This document shows positions 35,543 through 46,101 of a stretch of 64,000 nt of DNA, piece by piece; position 1 is the first letter of the stretch; each line of letters opens with the position of its first letter. The notes under the pieces are model-generated. The model worked only from the letters and a program-made list of their open reading frames with translations, had not been told where the DNA came from and made no database searches. This DNA comes from Escherichia coli (GTDB taxonomy: Bacteria > Pseudomonadota > Gammaproteobacteria > Enterobacterales > Enterobacteriaceae), in NCBI RefSeq assembly GCF_003991155.1, contig NZ_CP031293.1, one strand, 5' to 3'. The position numbers and the translations under genes are program-made.

Positions 35543-36631
35543 TCAACCACCGGCTTTCATTACCCATTCAGAGATAAATTTATTACCCGGTACTGGCGGA
35601 GAGTACAAATAGCCCTGCAAAAAGTGAACGCCTTTGCCGATCATTAAATCCGCCTGCTCCTGGGTTTCTACCCCTTCCGCCACGATACTCAGACCAGGCT
35701 TACGCGCCAGTTCGACAATATTGTCCACAATATGACCGGATATTTCGTCCACGCTCGCCATTTGCACAAATGACTTATCGATCTTAATAAAATCGACCGG
35801 GAACGCCTGCAAGTAACGATAGGTTGCATAACCCGTACCAAAGTCATCCAGCGCAAAGGTAATGTTGTGCTGATGAAGGCTGTCAAATATCGCTCTGGCT
35901 TCTGGCGTTACCGGAATAGGGTTACGTTCCGTTAACTCGAGAACCAGTTTGATTTTATCGTTACCTAATTTCTTAACCAGGTTCAGACACTCTTTTTCAA
36001 ATCCTGCGGCCAAAAAACATCCTGCCGAGACGTTGATGCCAATATGGAAATTATCCGGCAGCAAATGTTTTACTGGCATCAGAATATCCGCAGTCTGTTT
36101 CATCAGCTGGCGAGTCATTATGACGATAAGACCAGATGACTCCGCCAGAGGAATAAACTGATCCGGTGGGATAATTCCCGTTTGCGGATGTTCCCAGCGA
36201 ACAAGCACCTCACAGCCCGTCAGTACCCCAGTCTGCGCGCAGAAAACCGGTTGGATCCACGGTTTAAATTCATGGTTTTCCAACGCCAGACTGATGGCTT
36301 CAGGCGTGACGATATGGTGATAGTGATTATCATTAATATATTTGTGACTATTATTACCCGTGGCGGATATGATCTCCGGATTGTACTGAAAGAAAATATC
36401 CCGCCAGAAAGTAATATCGCTCTGAATCCCCAGTTTCTCAAAGAGCTGTTTCTTTTGATGTGAAATGGTCTTTGCACTGCGATTTCTGTACTGTGATATT
36501 TCTGTTACAGACATTCCCTGCATCAGCAGCTTGAGTAGCAGTCGTTCTTTCTCGGATACGCTACCAGGCAATGACAAATGAACCGTTGTACCGAACTCTT
36601 GCAGAAAAACACGAAAATCACATGAATTCAT
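35543..36631 (-). CDS. pdeL: c-di-GMP phosphodiesterase with LuxR-type HTH and EAL domain
   Basis: ORF 35543..36637; ATG at 36631 gives MNSCDFRVFLQEF (362 aa); EAL-domain motifs LVLELTE and DDFGTGYA. Confidence 0.9.
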   Translation of the reverse strand: MNSCDFRVFLQEFGTTVHLSLPGSVSEKERLLLKLLMQGMSVTEISQYRNRSAKTISHQKKQLFEKLGIQSDITFWRDIFFQYNPEIISATGNNSHKYINDNHYHHIVTPEAISLALENHEFKPWIQPVFCAQTGVLTGCEVLVRWEHPQTGIIPPDQFIPLAESSGLIVIMTRQLMKQTADILMPVKHLLPDNFHIGINVSAGCFLAAGFEKECLNLVKKLGNDKIKLVLELTERNPIPVTPEARAIFDSLHQHNITFALDDFGTGYATYRYLQAFPVDFIKIDKSFVQMASVDEISGHIVDNIVELARKPGLSIVAEGVETQEQADLMIGKGVHFLQGYLYSPPVPGNKFISEWVMKAGG

Positions 36632-37461
36632 GAACACACCTTTTATCTTTTATCGCTGTTCAGTATGAGTGATTACCTGTGGATTCCTGAGCACACATAA
36701 GGGGTAACCATAAACATTAGCGATGCCATACGTATAACATCCCACATCACTATCAAGAAGATTATCTTTACCTCTGATGCTCGCTCAAAAACAGTTACGC
36801 TAAATACCTTAAAAAGGTAATCACAAGTCAAACTCAGGAGATAATCACGCAAGAATGCAATATTAAAATTCAGATACTCATTTTTGGTAATAAAGAAGTA
36901 GTTGGACTATTTCGATATTTATAATTTCCCACTACGTATTGACGCCCATTCATGAGTAAAGGCGCATTATATGAATTTAACAATCCAGATCAACTGAAAA
37001 TACCTCAACCTCATAAACACATAGCGTCAACATTCAATGACATAATGAGTAAAGATGTTGGTTATGCATACACGTCATTACTCTATGCCTATCCCTTAAC
37101 AACCTGCTTTTTAAGACTGAATCCATTCAGCAATAGATAGCCAACATTATAACAATGACAATAAAAACAATATTTAAAACAATCAATAAAATATCAGGCA
37201 CAGACAATTAAACCTTAAACAACAAACGGTTACATTGATTTTAGTTGATTTGCGCTACGCGTTCCCCATGAATAAAGCGTCATTTCAAATTAGCACCAAT
37301 ATTTACATTAAATAAGACTAAGCTTATTGAACATTCACAACAGTCCAAACGTAGGTTTTGGGCTTCAATAGTTCTTTTCTTTTTTATTATCTGTTGCCTG
37401 GCAATCATCAATCGATACTAAGGGCTTAACTGTACAGATATAACGTATCAAGAGGTAAGAG

Positions 37462-37494
37462 AAACCGCGCCATATGCAGACATGGCGCGGTTTT
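37462..37494 (-). terminator. probable intrinsic terminator downstream of betT
   Basis: Perfect 12-bp inverted repeat AAACCGCGCCAT/ATGGCGCGGTTT around an 8-nt loop; on the minus strand the stem is followed by UUUCUCUU; 13 bp past the betT stop. Confidence 0.55.
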
Positions 37495-37506
37495 ATGCAA
37501 AAACAA

Positions 37507-39540
37507 TCACGCGTCCGGGAACATCACGCTATGGCCCGGCGCTTCACGATGGAGATGGATAAAGTTAAGATGCCGCTCGTACTGGTCAAGAATATCGGTG
37601 ATCACCTGCTCTTTGCTGTAGTCCATCAGGTCGTTGCCCTGGCTGCCTTCTAACAGGAAGGTTTCCAGCCGGTAGTAGGTCGATTTACCGCTACGTGCGC
37701 GGTAGGTAAAGCCCGGCACCGAATATTGCTGCGGCCAAATCTGATAGACAAAGTTTTGCTCTTCGCCCATATGCACCAACAAATCCAGATGCCCCAACTG
37801 TTGTCCCTCTTCCGGCGGCAGGCTTTTTAGCTCCACGTACGCGCCGCGCAACCGCAACTCCTGCGCCACTTCTTCCATTGCCGGGTAACAGACCGTCTCC
37901 ATCATCTGTTTAGTGTAACGCGTGCCCGGATAATTCATCAGGCGCGAGAGACGTTTTTTCCAGCTCAGGCGATCCTGAAGCCCCAGCGGTCGCGGTGCGG
38001 TATCGCGGTTGGCACTTTCACGGCGGTAATCTTCTACCTTCAGAGATTTATACAACCCCGCCATCACGAAGAAGATCACAAAGCTGAACGGCAGGCCCAT
38101 AATCACCGTGGTGTTTTGCAGCGCGGATATCCCGTTGGTCATCAGCATGCCGAGCGTCAGCAGGCCAATCGCCACCGACCAGAAGACGCGCAGCCAGCCG
38201 GGGGCGTCGCTGTTGATATCTTTAAGCTGCGAGGTGAAATTCCCCAGCACCAGCGCCCCGGAGTCCGCCGAGGTCACATAAAACAGCAGGCCAGTAATGG
38301 TGGCGACGGAGGCGCTAAAGGTAAACGCCGGATACTGCGCCAGCAGGCTGTAGAAGCCGCGCTCCGGATGGACCATCGCTTCCTCGGCAAATGCCGCGCC
38401 GCCGTGGATGATTTCATACAGCGCGCTATTGCCGAACACCGAGAGCCATAACAGCGTGAAGGTAAACGGAATAATCAACGTGCCCAGCACGAACTGGCGA
38501 ATGGTACGCCCACGCGAGATACGCGCCAGGAACAAGCCGACAAACGGCGACCATGCCACCCACCATGCCCAGAAGAAGAGCGTCCAGTTATTCATCCACT
38601 CAACCGGACGGTCGAAGGCAAAACTGTTGAGCGTCATGCCCATAAAGCGATTCACATAGTCGCCAACATTCAGCACCAGTGCATTAAGCAGGAACGAAGT
38701 GTCGCCCATAAACAACACGAAAAGGATCAATCCCAGCGCCAGCGCAACGTTAAGTTCCGATAACACGCGAATGCCCTTATCGACACCGGAGGTGACAGAG
38801 ATCGTTGCGATGATCACCGACAAGGCGATCAGTGCCGCTTTCGCCGCCATTGAATCGGGAATATCAAACAGTACGCTCAAGCCATAGTTAAGCTGCACCA
38901 CACCAATACCGAGCGTAGTGGCAATACCGAAGATGGTGCCGATCACCGCTGCAATATCCACTGAGTGACCTATCGGCCCGTTAATCCGTTTACCGAAGAT
39001 CGGGTACAGCGCTGAGCGGATGGTGAGCGGCAAATTATAACGATAGCTAAAGTATCCGAGCGCCATGCCCATCAGCGCATACATCGACCAGCCGGTTAAG
39101 CCGTAGTGAAACAGCGTCCAGACCATCGCCTGACGCGCGGCCTCAATCGTCTGACCCGCGCCTTCCGGCGGCTGCATATACTGCGTTACCGGTTCGGCTA
39201 CGGAAAAGAACATCAGGTCGATACCGATCCCGGCAGCAAACAGCATCGCCGCCCAACTCAGCAGACTGAATTCCGGTTTTGATTGTTCTGGCCCGAGCTT
39301 CACCGAACCAAAACGCGAACAAGCGATACAGACCACAAAGACAATATAGAGCGTTGCCGCCAGCAGATAGTACCAACCGAAGGTTTTAGAAACCCAGTCC
39401 AGCGTGCGGTCAATCCACAGGGCCGAGAAGTCGCGAAACAGGATCGTTGTCAGGGAAAACAACAAAATCAGTCCGGCGGAAGTGTAAAACACCACCGGAT
39501 TGATTTTGTCCTTTTCCCTGCTGTGTGAAAGGTCTGTCAT
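37507..39540 (-). CDS. betT: high-affinity choline transporter (BCCT family)
   Basis: 677-aa polytopic ORF MTDLSHSREKDKINPVVFYTSAGLILLFS; divergent from betIBA. Confidence 0.95.
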   Translation of the reverse strand: MTDLSHSREKDKINPVVFYTSAGLILLFSLTTILFRDFSALWIDRTLDWVSKTFGWYYLLAATLYIVFVVCIACSRFGSVKLGPEQSKPEFSLLSWAAMLFAAGIGIDLMFFSVAEPVTQYMQPPEGAGQTIEAARQAMVWTLFHYGLTGWSMYALMGMALGYFSYRYNLPLTIRSALYPIFGKRINGPIGHSVDIAAVIGTIFGIATTLGIGVVQLNYGLSVLFDIPDSMAAKAALIALSVIIATISVTSGVDKGIRVLSELNVALALGLILFVLFMGDTSFLLNALVLNVGDYVNRFMGMTLNSFAFDRPVEWMNNWTLFFWAWWVAWSPFVGLFLARISRGRTIRQFVLGTLIIPFTFTLLWLSVFGNSALYEIIHGGAAFAEEAMVHPERGFYSLLAQYPAFTFSASVATITGLLFYVTSADSGALVLGNFTSQLKDINSDAPGWLRVFWSVAIGLLTLGMLMTNGISALQNTTVIMGLPFSFVIFFVMAGLYKSLKVEDYRRESANRDTAPRPLGLQDRLSWKKRLSRLMNYPGTRYTKQMMETVCYPAMEEVAQELRLRGAYVELKSLPPEEGQQLGHLDLLVHMGEEQNFVYQIWPQQYSVPGFTYRARSGKSTYYRLETFLLEGSQGNDLMDYSKEQVITDILDQYERHLNFIHLHREAPGHSVMFPDA

Positions 39541-39597
39541 CCAGTATCCCCACTGTTATTGTTACCATTTAAAATCAAATTAGTAACAATTAAGACA

Positions 39598-39625
39598 CAT
39601 TTTATATTGAACGTCCAATCAATAA
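39598..39625. promoter_or_regulatory. probable BetI operator in the betT-betI divergent promoter region
   Basis: Reverse complement reads TTGATTGGACGTTCAATATAAAATG, an imperfect inverted repeat (TTGATTGGA / TTCAAT) matching the BetI site as I recall it. Confidence 0.5.
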
Positions 39626-39668
39626 CCGCTTTAATAGATAAACAACGCTGATGAATGGAGTGGCGAAA

Positions 39669-40256
39669 ATGCCCAAATTGGGGATGCAGTCGATCCGGCG
39701 CAGACAACTGATCGACGCCACGCTGGAAGCAATAAATGAAGTGGGCATGCACGATGCAACGATCGCGCAGATCGCCCGCCGTGCAGGCGTTTCTACGGGG
39801 ATCATCAGCCACTATTTCAGGGACAAAAATGGTCTGCTGGAAGCAACCATGCGCGATATCACCAGTCAGCTGCGTGACGCGGTTTTGAATCGATTACATG
39901 CACTTCCGCAGGGCAGTGCAGAGCAGCGATTACAGGCGATTGTTGGCGGAAACTTCGATGAAACGCAGGTGAGCAGTGCGGCGATGAAAGCCTGGCTGGC
40001 GTTCTGGGCCAGCAGTATGCATCAGCCGATGCTCTATCGTTTACAGCAGGTCAGCAGCCGTCGCTTGCTGTCGAACCTGGTGAGCGAGTTTCGCCGCGAA
40101 TTGCCGCGCCACCAGGCACAGGAAGCGGGCTACGGACTTGCCGCGCTGATTGACGGATTATGGCTGCGCGCGGCACTGAGCGACAAACCGCTGGATAAAC
40201 CTCTCGCACACTCGCTGACCCGTCACTTTATTACTCAGCATTTACCCACCGATTAA
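39669..40256 (+). CDS. betI: TetR-family repressor of the bet regulon
   Basis: ORF 39651..40256; ATG at 39669 gives [50 protein letters not shown] (TetR HTH), 195 aa. Confidence 0.93.
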   Translation: MPKLGMQSIRRRQLIDATLEAINEVGMHDATIAQIARRAGVSTGIISHYFRDKNGLLEATMRDITSQLRDAVLNRLHALPQGSAEQRLQAIVGGNFDETQVSSAAMKAWLAFWASSMHQPMLYRLQQVSSRRLLSNLVSEFRRELPRHQAQEAGYGLAALIDGLWLRAALSDKPLDKPLAHSLTRHFITQHLPTD

Positions 40257-40269
40257 CCGAGGAGACGTG

Positions 40270-41742
40270 ATGTCCCGAATGGCAGAACAGCAGCTTTATA
40301 TACATGGTGGTTATACCTCCGCCACCAGCGGTCGCACCTTCGAGACCATTAACCCGGCCAACGGTAACGTGCTGGCGACCGTGCAGGCCGCCGGGCGTGA
40401 GGATGTCGATCGCGCCGTGAAGAGTGCCCAACAGGGGCAAAAAATCTGGGCGGCGATGACCGCTATGGAACGCTCGCGTATTCTGCGTCGGGCCGTTGAT
40501 ATTCTACGTGAACGCAATGACGAACTCGCAAAACTGGAAACCCTCGACACCGGAAAAGCATATTCGGAAACCTCAACCGTCGATATCGTTACCGGTGCGG
40601 ACGTGCTGGAGTACTACGCCGGGCTGATCCCGGCGCTGGAAGGCAGCCAGATCCCGTTGCGTGAGACGTCATTTGTTTATACCCGCCGCGAACCGCTGGG
40701 CGTAGTGGCAGGGATTGGCGCATGGAACTACCCGATTCAGATTGCCCTGTGGAAATCCGCCCCCGCGCTGGCGGCAGGCAATGCAATGATTTTCAAACCG
40801 AGCGAAGTCACCCCGCTTACCGCGTTAAAGCTGGCCGAAATTTACAGCGAAGCGGGCCTGCCGGACGGCGTATTTAACGTGTTGCCGGGCGTGGGCGCGG
40901 AGACCGGGCAGTATCTGACCGAGCATCCGGGCATTGCCAAAGTGTCATTTACCGGCGGTGTCGCCAGCGGCAAAAAAGTGATGGCTAACTCGGCGGCCTC
41001 TTCCCTGAAAGAAGTGACCATGGAGCTGGGCGGTAAATCACCGCTGATCGTTTTTGACGATGCGGATCTCGATCTCGCCGCCGATATCGCCATGATGGCG
41101 AATTTCTTCAGCTCCGGTCAGGTGTGTACCAACGGCACTCGCGTCTTCGTTCCGACGAAATGCAAAGCCGCATTTGAACAAAAGATTCTGGCGCGCGTTG
41201 AGCGCATTCGCGCGGGCGACGTTTTCGATCCGCAAACTAACTTCGGCCCGCTGGTCAGCTTCCCGCATCGCGATAACGTGCTGCGCTATATCGCCAAAGG
41301 CAAAGAGGAAGGCGCGCGCGTACTGTGCGGCGGCGATGTACTGAAAGGCGATGGCTTCGATAACGGCGCATGGGTTGCACCGACCGTGTTCACCGATTGC
41401 CGCGACGAAATGACCATCGTGCGCGAAGAGATCTTCGGTCCGGTGATGTCGCTTCTCACTTATGAATCTGAGGACGAAGTGATTCGCCGCGCCAATGATA
41501 CCGACTACGGCCTGGCGGCGGGCATCGTGACGGCGGACCTGAACCGCGCGCATCGCGTCATTCATCAGCTGGAAGCGGGTATTTGCTGGCTCAACACCTG
41601 GGGCGAATCCCCTGCTGAGATGCCCGTTGGCGGCTACAAACACTCCGGCATTGGTCGCGAGAACGGCGTGATGACGCTCCAGAGTTACACCCAGGTGAAG
41701 TCCATCCAGGTTGAGATGGCTAAATTCCAGTCCATATTCTAA
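40270..41742 (+). CDS. betB: betaine aldehyde dehydrogenase
   Basis: 490 aa from ATG 40270 ([14 protein letters not shown]); ALDH motifs ELGGKSP and catalytic-Cys segment [13 protein letters not shown]. Confidence 0.95.
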   Translation: MSRMAEQQLYIHGGYTSATSGRTFETINPANGNVLATVQAAGREDVDRAVKSAQQGQKIWAAMTAMERSRILRRAVDILRERNDELAKLETLDTGKAYSETSTVDIVTGADVLEYYAGLIPALEGSQIPLRETSFVYTRREPLGVVAGIGAWNYPIQIALWKSAPALAAGNAMIFKPSEVTPLTALKLAEIYSEAGLPDGVFNVLPGVGAETGQYLTEHPGIAKVSFTGGVASGKKVMANSAASSLKEVTMELGGKSPLIVFDDADLDLAADIAMMANFFSSGQVCTNGTRVFVPTKCKAAFEQKILARVERIRAGDVFDPQTNFGPLVSFPHRDNVLRYIAKGKEEGARVLCGGDVLKGDGFDNGAWVAPTVFTDCRDEMTIVREEIFGPVMSLLTYESEDEVIRRANDTDYGLAAGIVTADLNRAHRVIHQLEAGICWLNTWGESPAEMPVGGYKHSGIGRENGVMTLQSYTQVKSIQVEMAKFQSIF

Positions 41743-41755
41743 CCAGGAGGTTTAT

Positions 41756-43444
41756 TTGCAATTTGACTACATCATTATTGGTGCCGGCTCAGCCGGCAAC
41801 GTTCTCGCTACCCGTCTGACTGAAGATCCGAACACAACCGTGCTGCTGCTTGAAGCAGGCGGCCCGGACTATCGCTTTGACTTCCGCACCCAGATGCCCG
41901 CTGCGCTGGCATTCCCGCTACAGGGTAAACGCTACAACTGGGCCTATGAAACGGAACCGGAACCGTTTATGAACAACCGTCGCATGGAGTGCGGACGCGG
42001 TAAGGGGCTTGGCGGGTCATCACTGATCAACGGCATGTGTTACATCCGTGGTAACGCGCTGGATCTCGATAACTGGGCGCAAGAACCCGGTCTGGAGAAC
42101 TGGAGCTACCTCGACTGTCTGCCCTACTATCGCAAGGCCGAGACTCGCGATGTGGGCGAGAACGATTACCACGGTGGCGATGGCCCGGTGAGCGTCACCA
42201 CCTCCAAACCCGGCGTCAATCCGCTGTTTGAAGCGATGATTGAAGCGGGCGTGCAGGCGGGCTACCCACGCACGGACGATCTCAACGGCTATCAGCAGGA
42301 AGGTTTTGGCCCGATGGATCGCACCGTCACGCCGCATGGCCGTCGCGCCAGCACCGCGCGTGGCTATCTCGCTCAGGCCAAATCGCGCCCTAACCTGACT
42401 ATTCGTACTCACGCCATGACCGATCACATCATTTTTGACAGCAAACGCGCGGTGGGCGTCGAGTGGCTGGAAGGCGACAGCACCATTCCGACCCGCGCGG
42501 CGGCGAATAAAGAAGTGCTGTTATGTGCAGGCGCGATTGCTTCACCGCAGATCCTGCAACGCTCCGGCGTCGGCAACGCTGAACTGCTGGCGGAGTTTGA
42601 TATTCCGCTGGTGCATGAATTACCTGGCGTCGGCGAAAATCTTCAGGATCACCTGGAGATGTATCTGCAATATGAGTGCAAAGAACCGGTTTCCCTCTAC
42701 CCTGCCCTGCAGTGGTGGAATCAGCCGAAAATCGGTGCGGAGTGGCTGTTTGGCGGCACCGGCGTTGGTGCCAGCAACCACTTTGAAGCAGGCGGATTTA
42801 TTCGCAGCCGTGAGGAATTTGCGTGGCCGAATATTCAGTACCATTTCCTGCCAGTGGCGATTAACTATAACGGCTCGAACGCAGTGAAAGAGCACGGCTT
42901 CCAGTGCCACGTCGGATCGATGCGCTCGCCAAGCCGTGGGCATGTGCGGATTAAATCCCGCGACCCGCACCAGCATCCAGCGATTCTGTTTAACTACATG
43001 TCGCACGAGCAGGACTGGCAGGAGTTCCGCGACGCAATTCGCATCACCCGGGAGATCATGCATCAACCGGCGCTGGATCAGTATCGTGGCCGCGAAATCA
43101 GCCCCGGTGTCGAATGCCAGACGGATGAGCAGCTCGATGAGTTTGTGCGTAATCACGCCGAAACCGCCTTCCACCCATGCGGTACGTGCAAAATGGGGTA
43201 CGACGAGATGTCCGTTGTGGATGGCGAAGGCCGCGTGCACGGGCTGGAAGGATTACGCGTAGTCGATGCGTCAATTATGCCGCAGATTATCACCGGCAAT
43301 CTGAACGCCACGACGATTATGATTGGCGAGAAAATGGCGGATATGATTCGCGGGAAGGATGCGTTGCCGAGGAGCACGGCGGGATATTATGTGGCAAATG
43401 GGATGCCGGTGAGAGCGAAAAAAATGAGTCGTGATGTGAACTGA
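41756..43444 (+). CDS. betA: choline dehydrogenase (GMC oxidoreductase)
   Basis: ORF 41711..43444 overlaps betB; likely start is TTG 41756, 5 nt after the RBS AGGAGG, giving (M)[17 protein letters not shown] (FAD-binding). Exact start is uncertain. Confidence 0.93.
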   Translation: MQFDYIIIGAGSAGNVLATRLTEDPNTTVLLLEAGGPDYRFDFRTQMPAALAFPLQGKRYNWAYETEPEPFMNNRRMECGRGKGLGGSSLINGMCYIRGNALDLDNWAQEPGLENWSYLDCLPYYRKAETRDVGENDYHGGDGPVSVTTSKPGVNPLFEAMIEAGVQAGYPRTDDLNGYQQEGFGPMDRTVTPHGRRASTARGYLAQAKSRPNLTIRTHAMTDHIIFDSKRAVGVEWLEGDSTIPTRAAANKEVLLCAGAIASPQILQRSGVGNAELLAEFDIPLVHELPGVGENLQDHLEMYLQYECKEPVSLYPALQWWNQPKIGAEWLFGGTGVGASNHFEAGGFIRSREEFAWPNIQYHFLPVAINYNGSNAVKEHGFQCHVGSMRSPSRGHVRIKSRDPHQHPAILFNYMSHEQDWQEFRDAIRITREIMHQPALDQYRGREISPGVECQTDEQLDEFVRNHAETAFHPCGTCKMGYDEMSVVDGEGRVHGLEGLRVVDASIMPQIITGNLNATTIMIGEKMADMIRGKDALPRSTAGYYVANGMPVRAKKMSRDVN

Positions 43445-43975
43445 CTCAGGAACCTATCAGATTGAGAGTTACCGTTCTACTATGAGGACCGAATCCTTAT
43501 ATAAAACACTGAGGTAACTCTCATGCTTCATATCCAGTATTCATGATGCTGGCTTTTTGCTGATATTTAACCCGAACATTCCTGATACAGACTATTAATT
43601 CATTTATCTGCGGCAGATTTTATTTTCTGGATATATTATGAGTGAACAAATCAAACAGGATATCGATCTGATTGAGATTTTATTTTATCTGAAGAAAAAG
43701 GTAGATGAATACCAACAAAACTCTGGGCAGTAATAAACAGCATTCTGATAGAGAGTGCCTGTATAAAGCTGAAGTGACAATGACCGGGAAGGGAACCCGT
43801 TTTCAGGAATGGATGCCTGTCTTTTTCAATTTAAATATCCTGGCATTAGTAATGCCAGGATATTTACAGAAGAGCAGCATAACCATGACGGAACGGGGTT
43901 AAGTCAGGTTGTCCTAAACGCTATTTTCAACCTCGTATGCCTTCTTCAGGTTTATGTCCAGACTTCATATCTCTC

Positions 43976-44671
43976 TCAACAATCCTCAATAATCAGATAC
44001 ACCGCTTTCACCGGGCCATGAACTCCGACGACTTTGATAAGCTCAATATCCGCCGTTGAACTGGGGCCGCTAATGATGTTAATGCAGGAAGGCATTCGTT
44101 CACCGGCCTGCGCTTTCTGATGCAATTTTTCTGCGAGTTGCGCTACACGCGGCAGGATAGTGCTTTTACGCAGGATAAAAAGAGAAGATTCCGGGAGCAG
44201 GCTCAATGAACGCCCGCGCCCGGCGGCGGAAAAAAGAACCACGCCTCCCGATTCGGTTAAACCATATTCAGCATACACTACGCCAACTTTAGCCTGCTCT
44301 GCTTGTGATATGTTCTCAATACCTTTCGCCGGATCCCAAACAACGGCATTGCATTCCTGCTGCAAACGTTCGCTAATCCCCAATTCCTCCAGCCTCGTGT
44401 CACCGCTAATCACGATCGACTGATCTCCCAGCTCTTTACACAGACGTATTGCAGCTTCTGCCGCCTTCGCCTCGCTGGTCAGTTCACAGCGCGTCAACAT
44501 AACATCGCTGGCAAACTGGATAAACGCGTCACAGCGCTGCTGTTGGGTAAGTTGGGTAAGCCGCTCGTTAGCATAGTTGTTTAGCGGCGCATCTTCTGCT
44601 TGCGGTTCAAGTCGCAGCGGGCGACCCAGTGCCTGAGCAACGTTATTCAAAAATTCGCTCCGATTATCCAT
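43976..44671 (-). CDS. ykgG: LutC-like protein (DUF162)
   Basis: ORF 43976..44824; ATG at 44671 gives MDNRSEFLNNVAQALGRPL (231 aa); 8-nt overlap with the ykgF stop. Confidence 0.85.
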   Translation of the reverse strand: MDNRSEFLNNVAQALGRPLRLEPQAEDAPLNNYANERLTQLTQQQRCDAFIQFASDVMLTRCELTSEAKAAEAAIRLCKELGDQSIVISGDTRLEELGISERLQQECNAVVWDPAKGIENISQAEQAKVGVVYAEYGLTESGGVVLFSAAGRGRSLSLLPESSLFILRKSTILPRVAQLAEKLHQKAQAGERMPSCINIISGPSSTADIELIKVVGVHGPVKAVYLIIEDC

Positions 44672-46091
44672 TCTTTTTCTCCTGCGCCTGATGTTTCTTA
44701 AACCAACTACGGAAACTCTCTCCGTCAGCTTCAGGAAGATCGCGTGCTTCCATCCAGTCGCTAATCGCGCCAAATTTGAGTGGTGTTTTGCCGCCATTGA
44801 TAAACCAGCTTGCCGCATGAGCACCAGCCATCATCCCAACTTTCCACAATCCTGGATGACTATTGGCATAAGCGAACATTTTTATCGCCCGTTGCTCTGC
44901 TTTTGCGGTGATCCCTTTTTCAGCCATCACCCGACGATGACGCAAAATCAGTTTTGACAGCGGAATACGCACCGGACACACGCTGTCACAAGCGGTGCAT
45001 AAAGAGCAGGCGTAGGGTAAATCTTTAAAATCTTTATAGCCGCCAAGTAGCGGAGAAATCACCGCACCAATTGGCCCTGGATAAATAGAGCCATATCCAT
45101 GACCGCCAATATGGCGATATGCCGGACAAGTATTCATACAAGCCCCGCAGCGAATACAGCGCAGCACATCCCGAAATTCAGAGGCCAGCACCTCAGAACG
45201 CCCGTTATCGACAATAACCAGATGAAACTCTTCAGGACCATCAACGTGCCCCGCTTCGCGCGGTCCTGTCAGCCAGGTGTTGTATCCCGTCAAACGTGCA
45301 CCAACGGCACTGCGCGCCAGCATGGTGATCAATACATCTACCTCGGCAAACGTGGGGGCAATACGCTCCATTCCCATCACTGCAATATGCGTTTTAGGCA
45401 GCGTGGTACACATTCGCGCATTACCTTCATTGGTCACCAGGCATACCGAACCGGTCTCTGCCACCGCGAAATTACAGCCGGTAATACCTATTTCAGCACT
45501 GAGGAAATCTTCGCGGATTTTTTGCCGGATGAATAAGGTCATTGCTTCAGGCGTTTCCGACCCCTCATAGCCCAGACGTTCGTGTAGCACCCGACGGATC
45601 TGATGGCGATCTTTATGAATTGCCGGGACCACAACATGAGAGGGCGGATCTTGATCCAGCTGGAGAATGTATTCACCCAGATCGGTTTCAATCACCTGAA
45701 TGCCAGCATCCTGCAACACATGATTGACACCAATCTCTTCGGTCACCATCGATTTAGATTTCACCACCTTCCGGGCATTTTTGCGTTGGGCAACCTGTAA
45801 AATGTAGCGGGTAGCGTCTTCTTTGGTTTTTGCAAAATAGACGTGACCGCCGTTTTGCGTCACTTTTTCTGAGAGCTGGTACAGATAAGCGTCGAGATTA
45901 CTCAGAACATGATCACGTATCTGGGCGGCCCGATCGCGCCATTCCTCCCAGTGCCCCAATTCATCGACCATTTTTTGCCGATTTGCCCCGATACGCTGCT
46001 GCGCGTTTGCCACCGCTTTGCGCATGATCGGATCTTCAATTTGCTGACGGATGCGTGTCTTAAAATCTGTATTACTGGTTTTGATCGACAT
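44664..46091 (-). CDS. ykgF: LutB-like iron-sulfur oxidoreductase
   Basis: 475 aa; two 4Fe-4S ferredoxin motifs, CIRCGACMNTCP and CSLCTACDSVCP. Confidence 0.88.
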   Translation of the reverse strand: MSIKTSNTDFKTRIRQQIEDPIMRKAVANAQQRIGANRQKMVDELGHWEEWRDRAAQIRDHVLSNLDAYLYQLSEKVTQNGGHVYFAKTKEDATRYILQVAQRKNARKVVKSKSMVTEEIGVNHVLQDAGIQVIETDLGEYILQLDQDPPSHVVVPAIHKDRHQIRRVLHERLGYEGSETPEAMTLFIRQKIREDFLSAEIGITGCNFAVAETGSVCLVTNEGNARMCTTLPKTHIAVMGMERIAPTFAEVDVLITMLARSAVGARLTGYNTWLTGPREAGHVDGPEEFHLVIVDNGRSEVLASEFRDVLRCIRCGACMNTCPAYRHIGGHGYGSIYPGPIGAVISPLLGGYKDFKDLPYACSLCTACDSVCPVRIPLSKLILRHRRVMAEKGITAKAEQRAIKMFAYANSHPGLWKVGMMAGAHAASWFINGGKTPLKFGAISDWMEARDLPEADGESFRSWFKKHQAQEKKNG

Positions 46092-46101
46092 CTTTATATC
46101 C

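Noticed and set aside
36952-37140. 62-aa ORF in the pdeL upstream region
   Set aside because: No ribosome-binding site, A+T-rich low-complexity sequence in a probable regulatory region; likely not translated.
41711-41755. Upstream extension of betA (ORF-track start 41711, overlapping betB)
   Set aside because: The extension would translate through the betB stop and the RBS AGGAGG; TTG at 41756 with proper spacing gives the conserved FAD-binding N-terminus.
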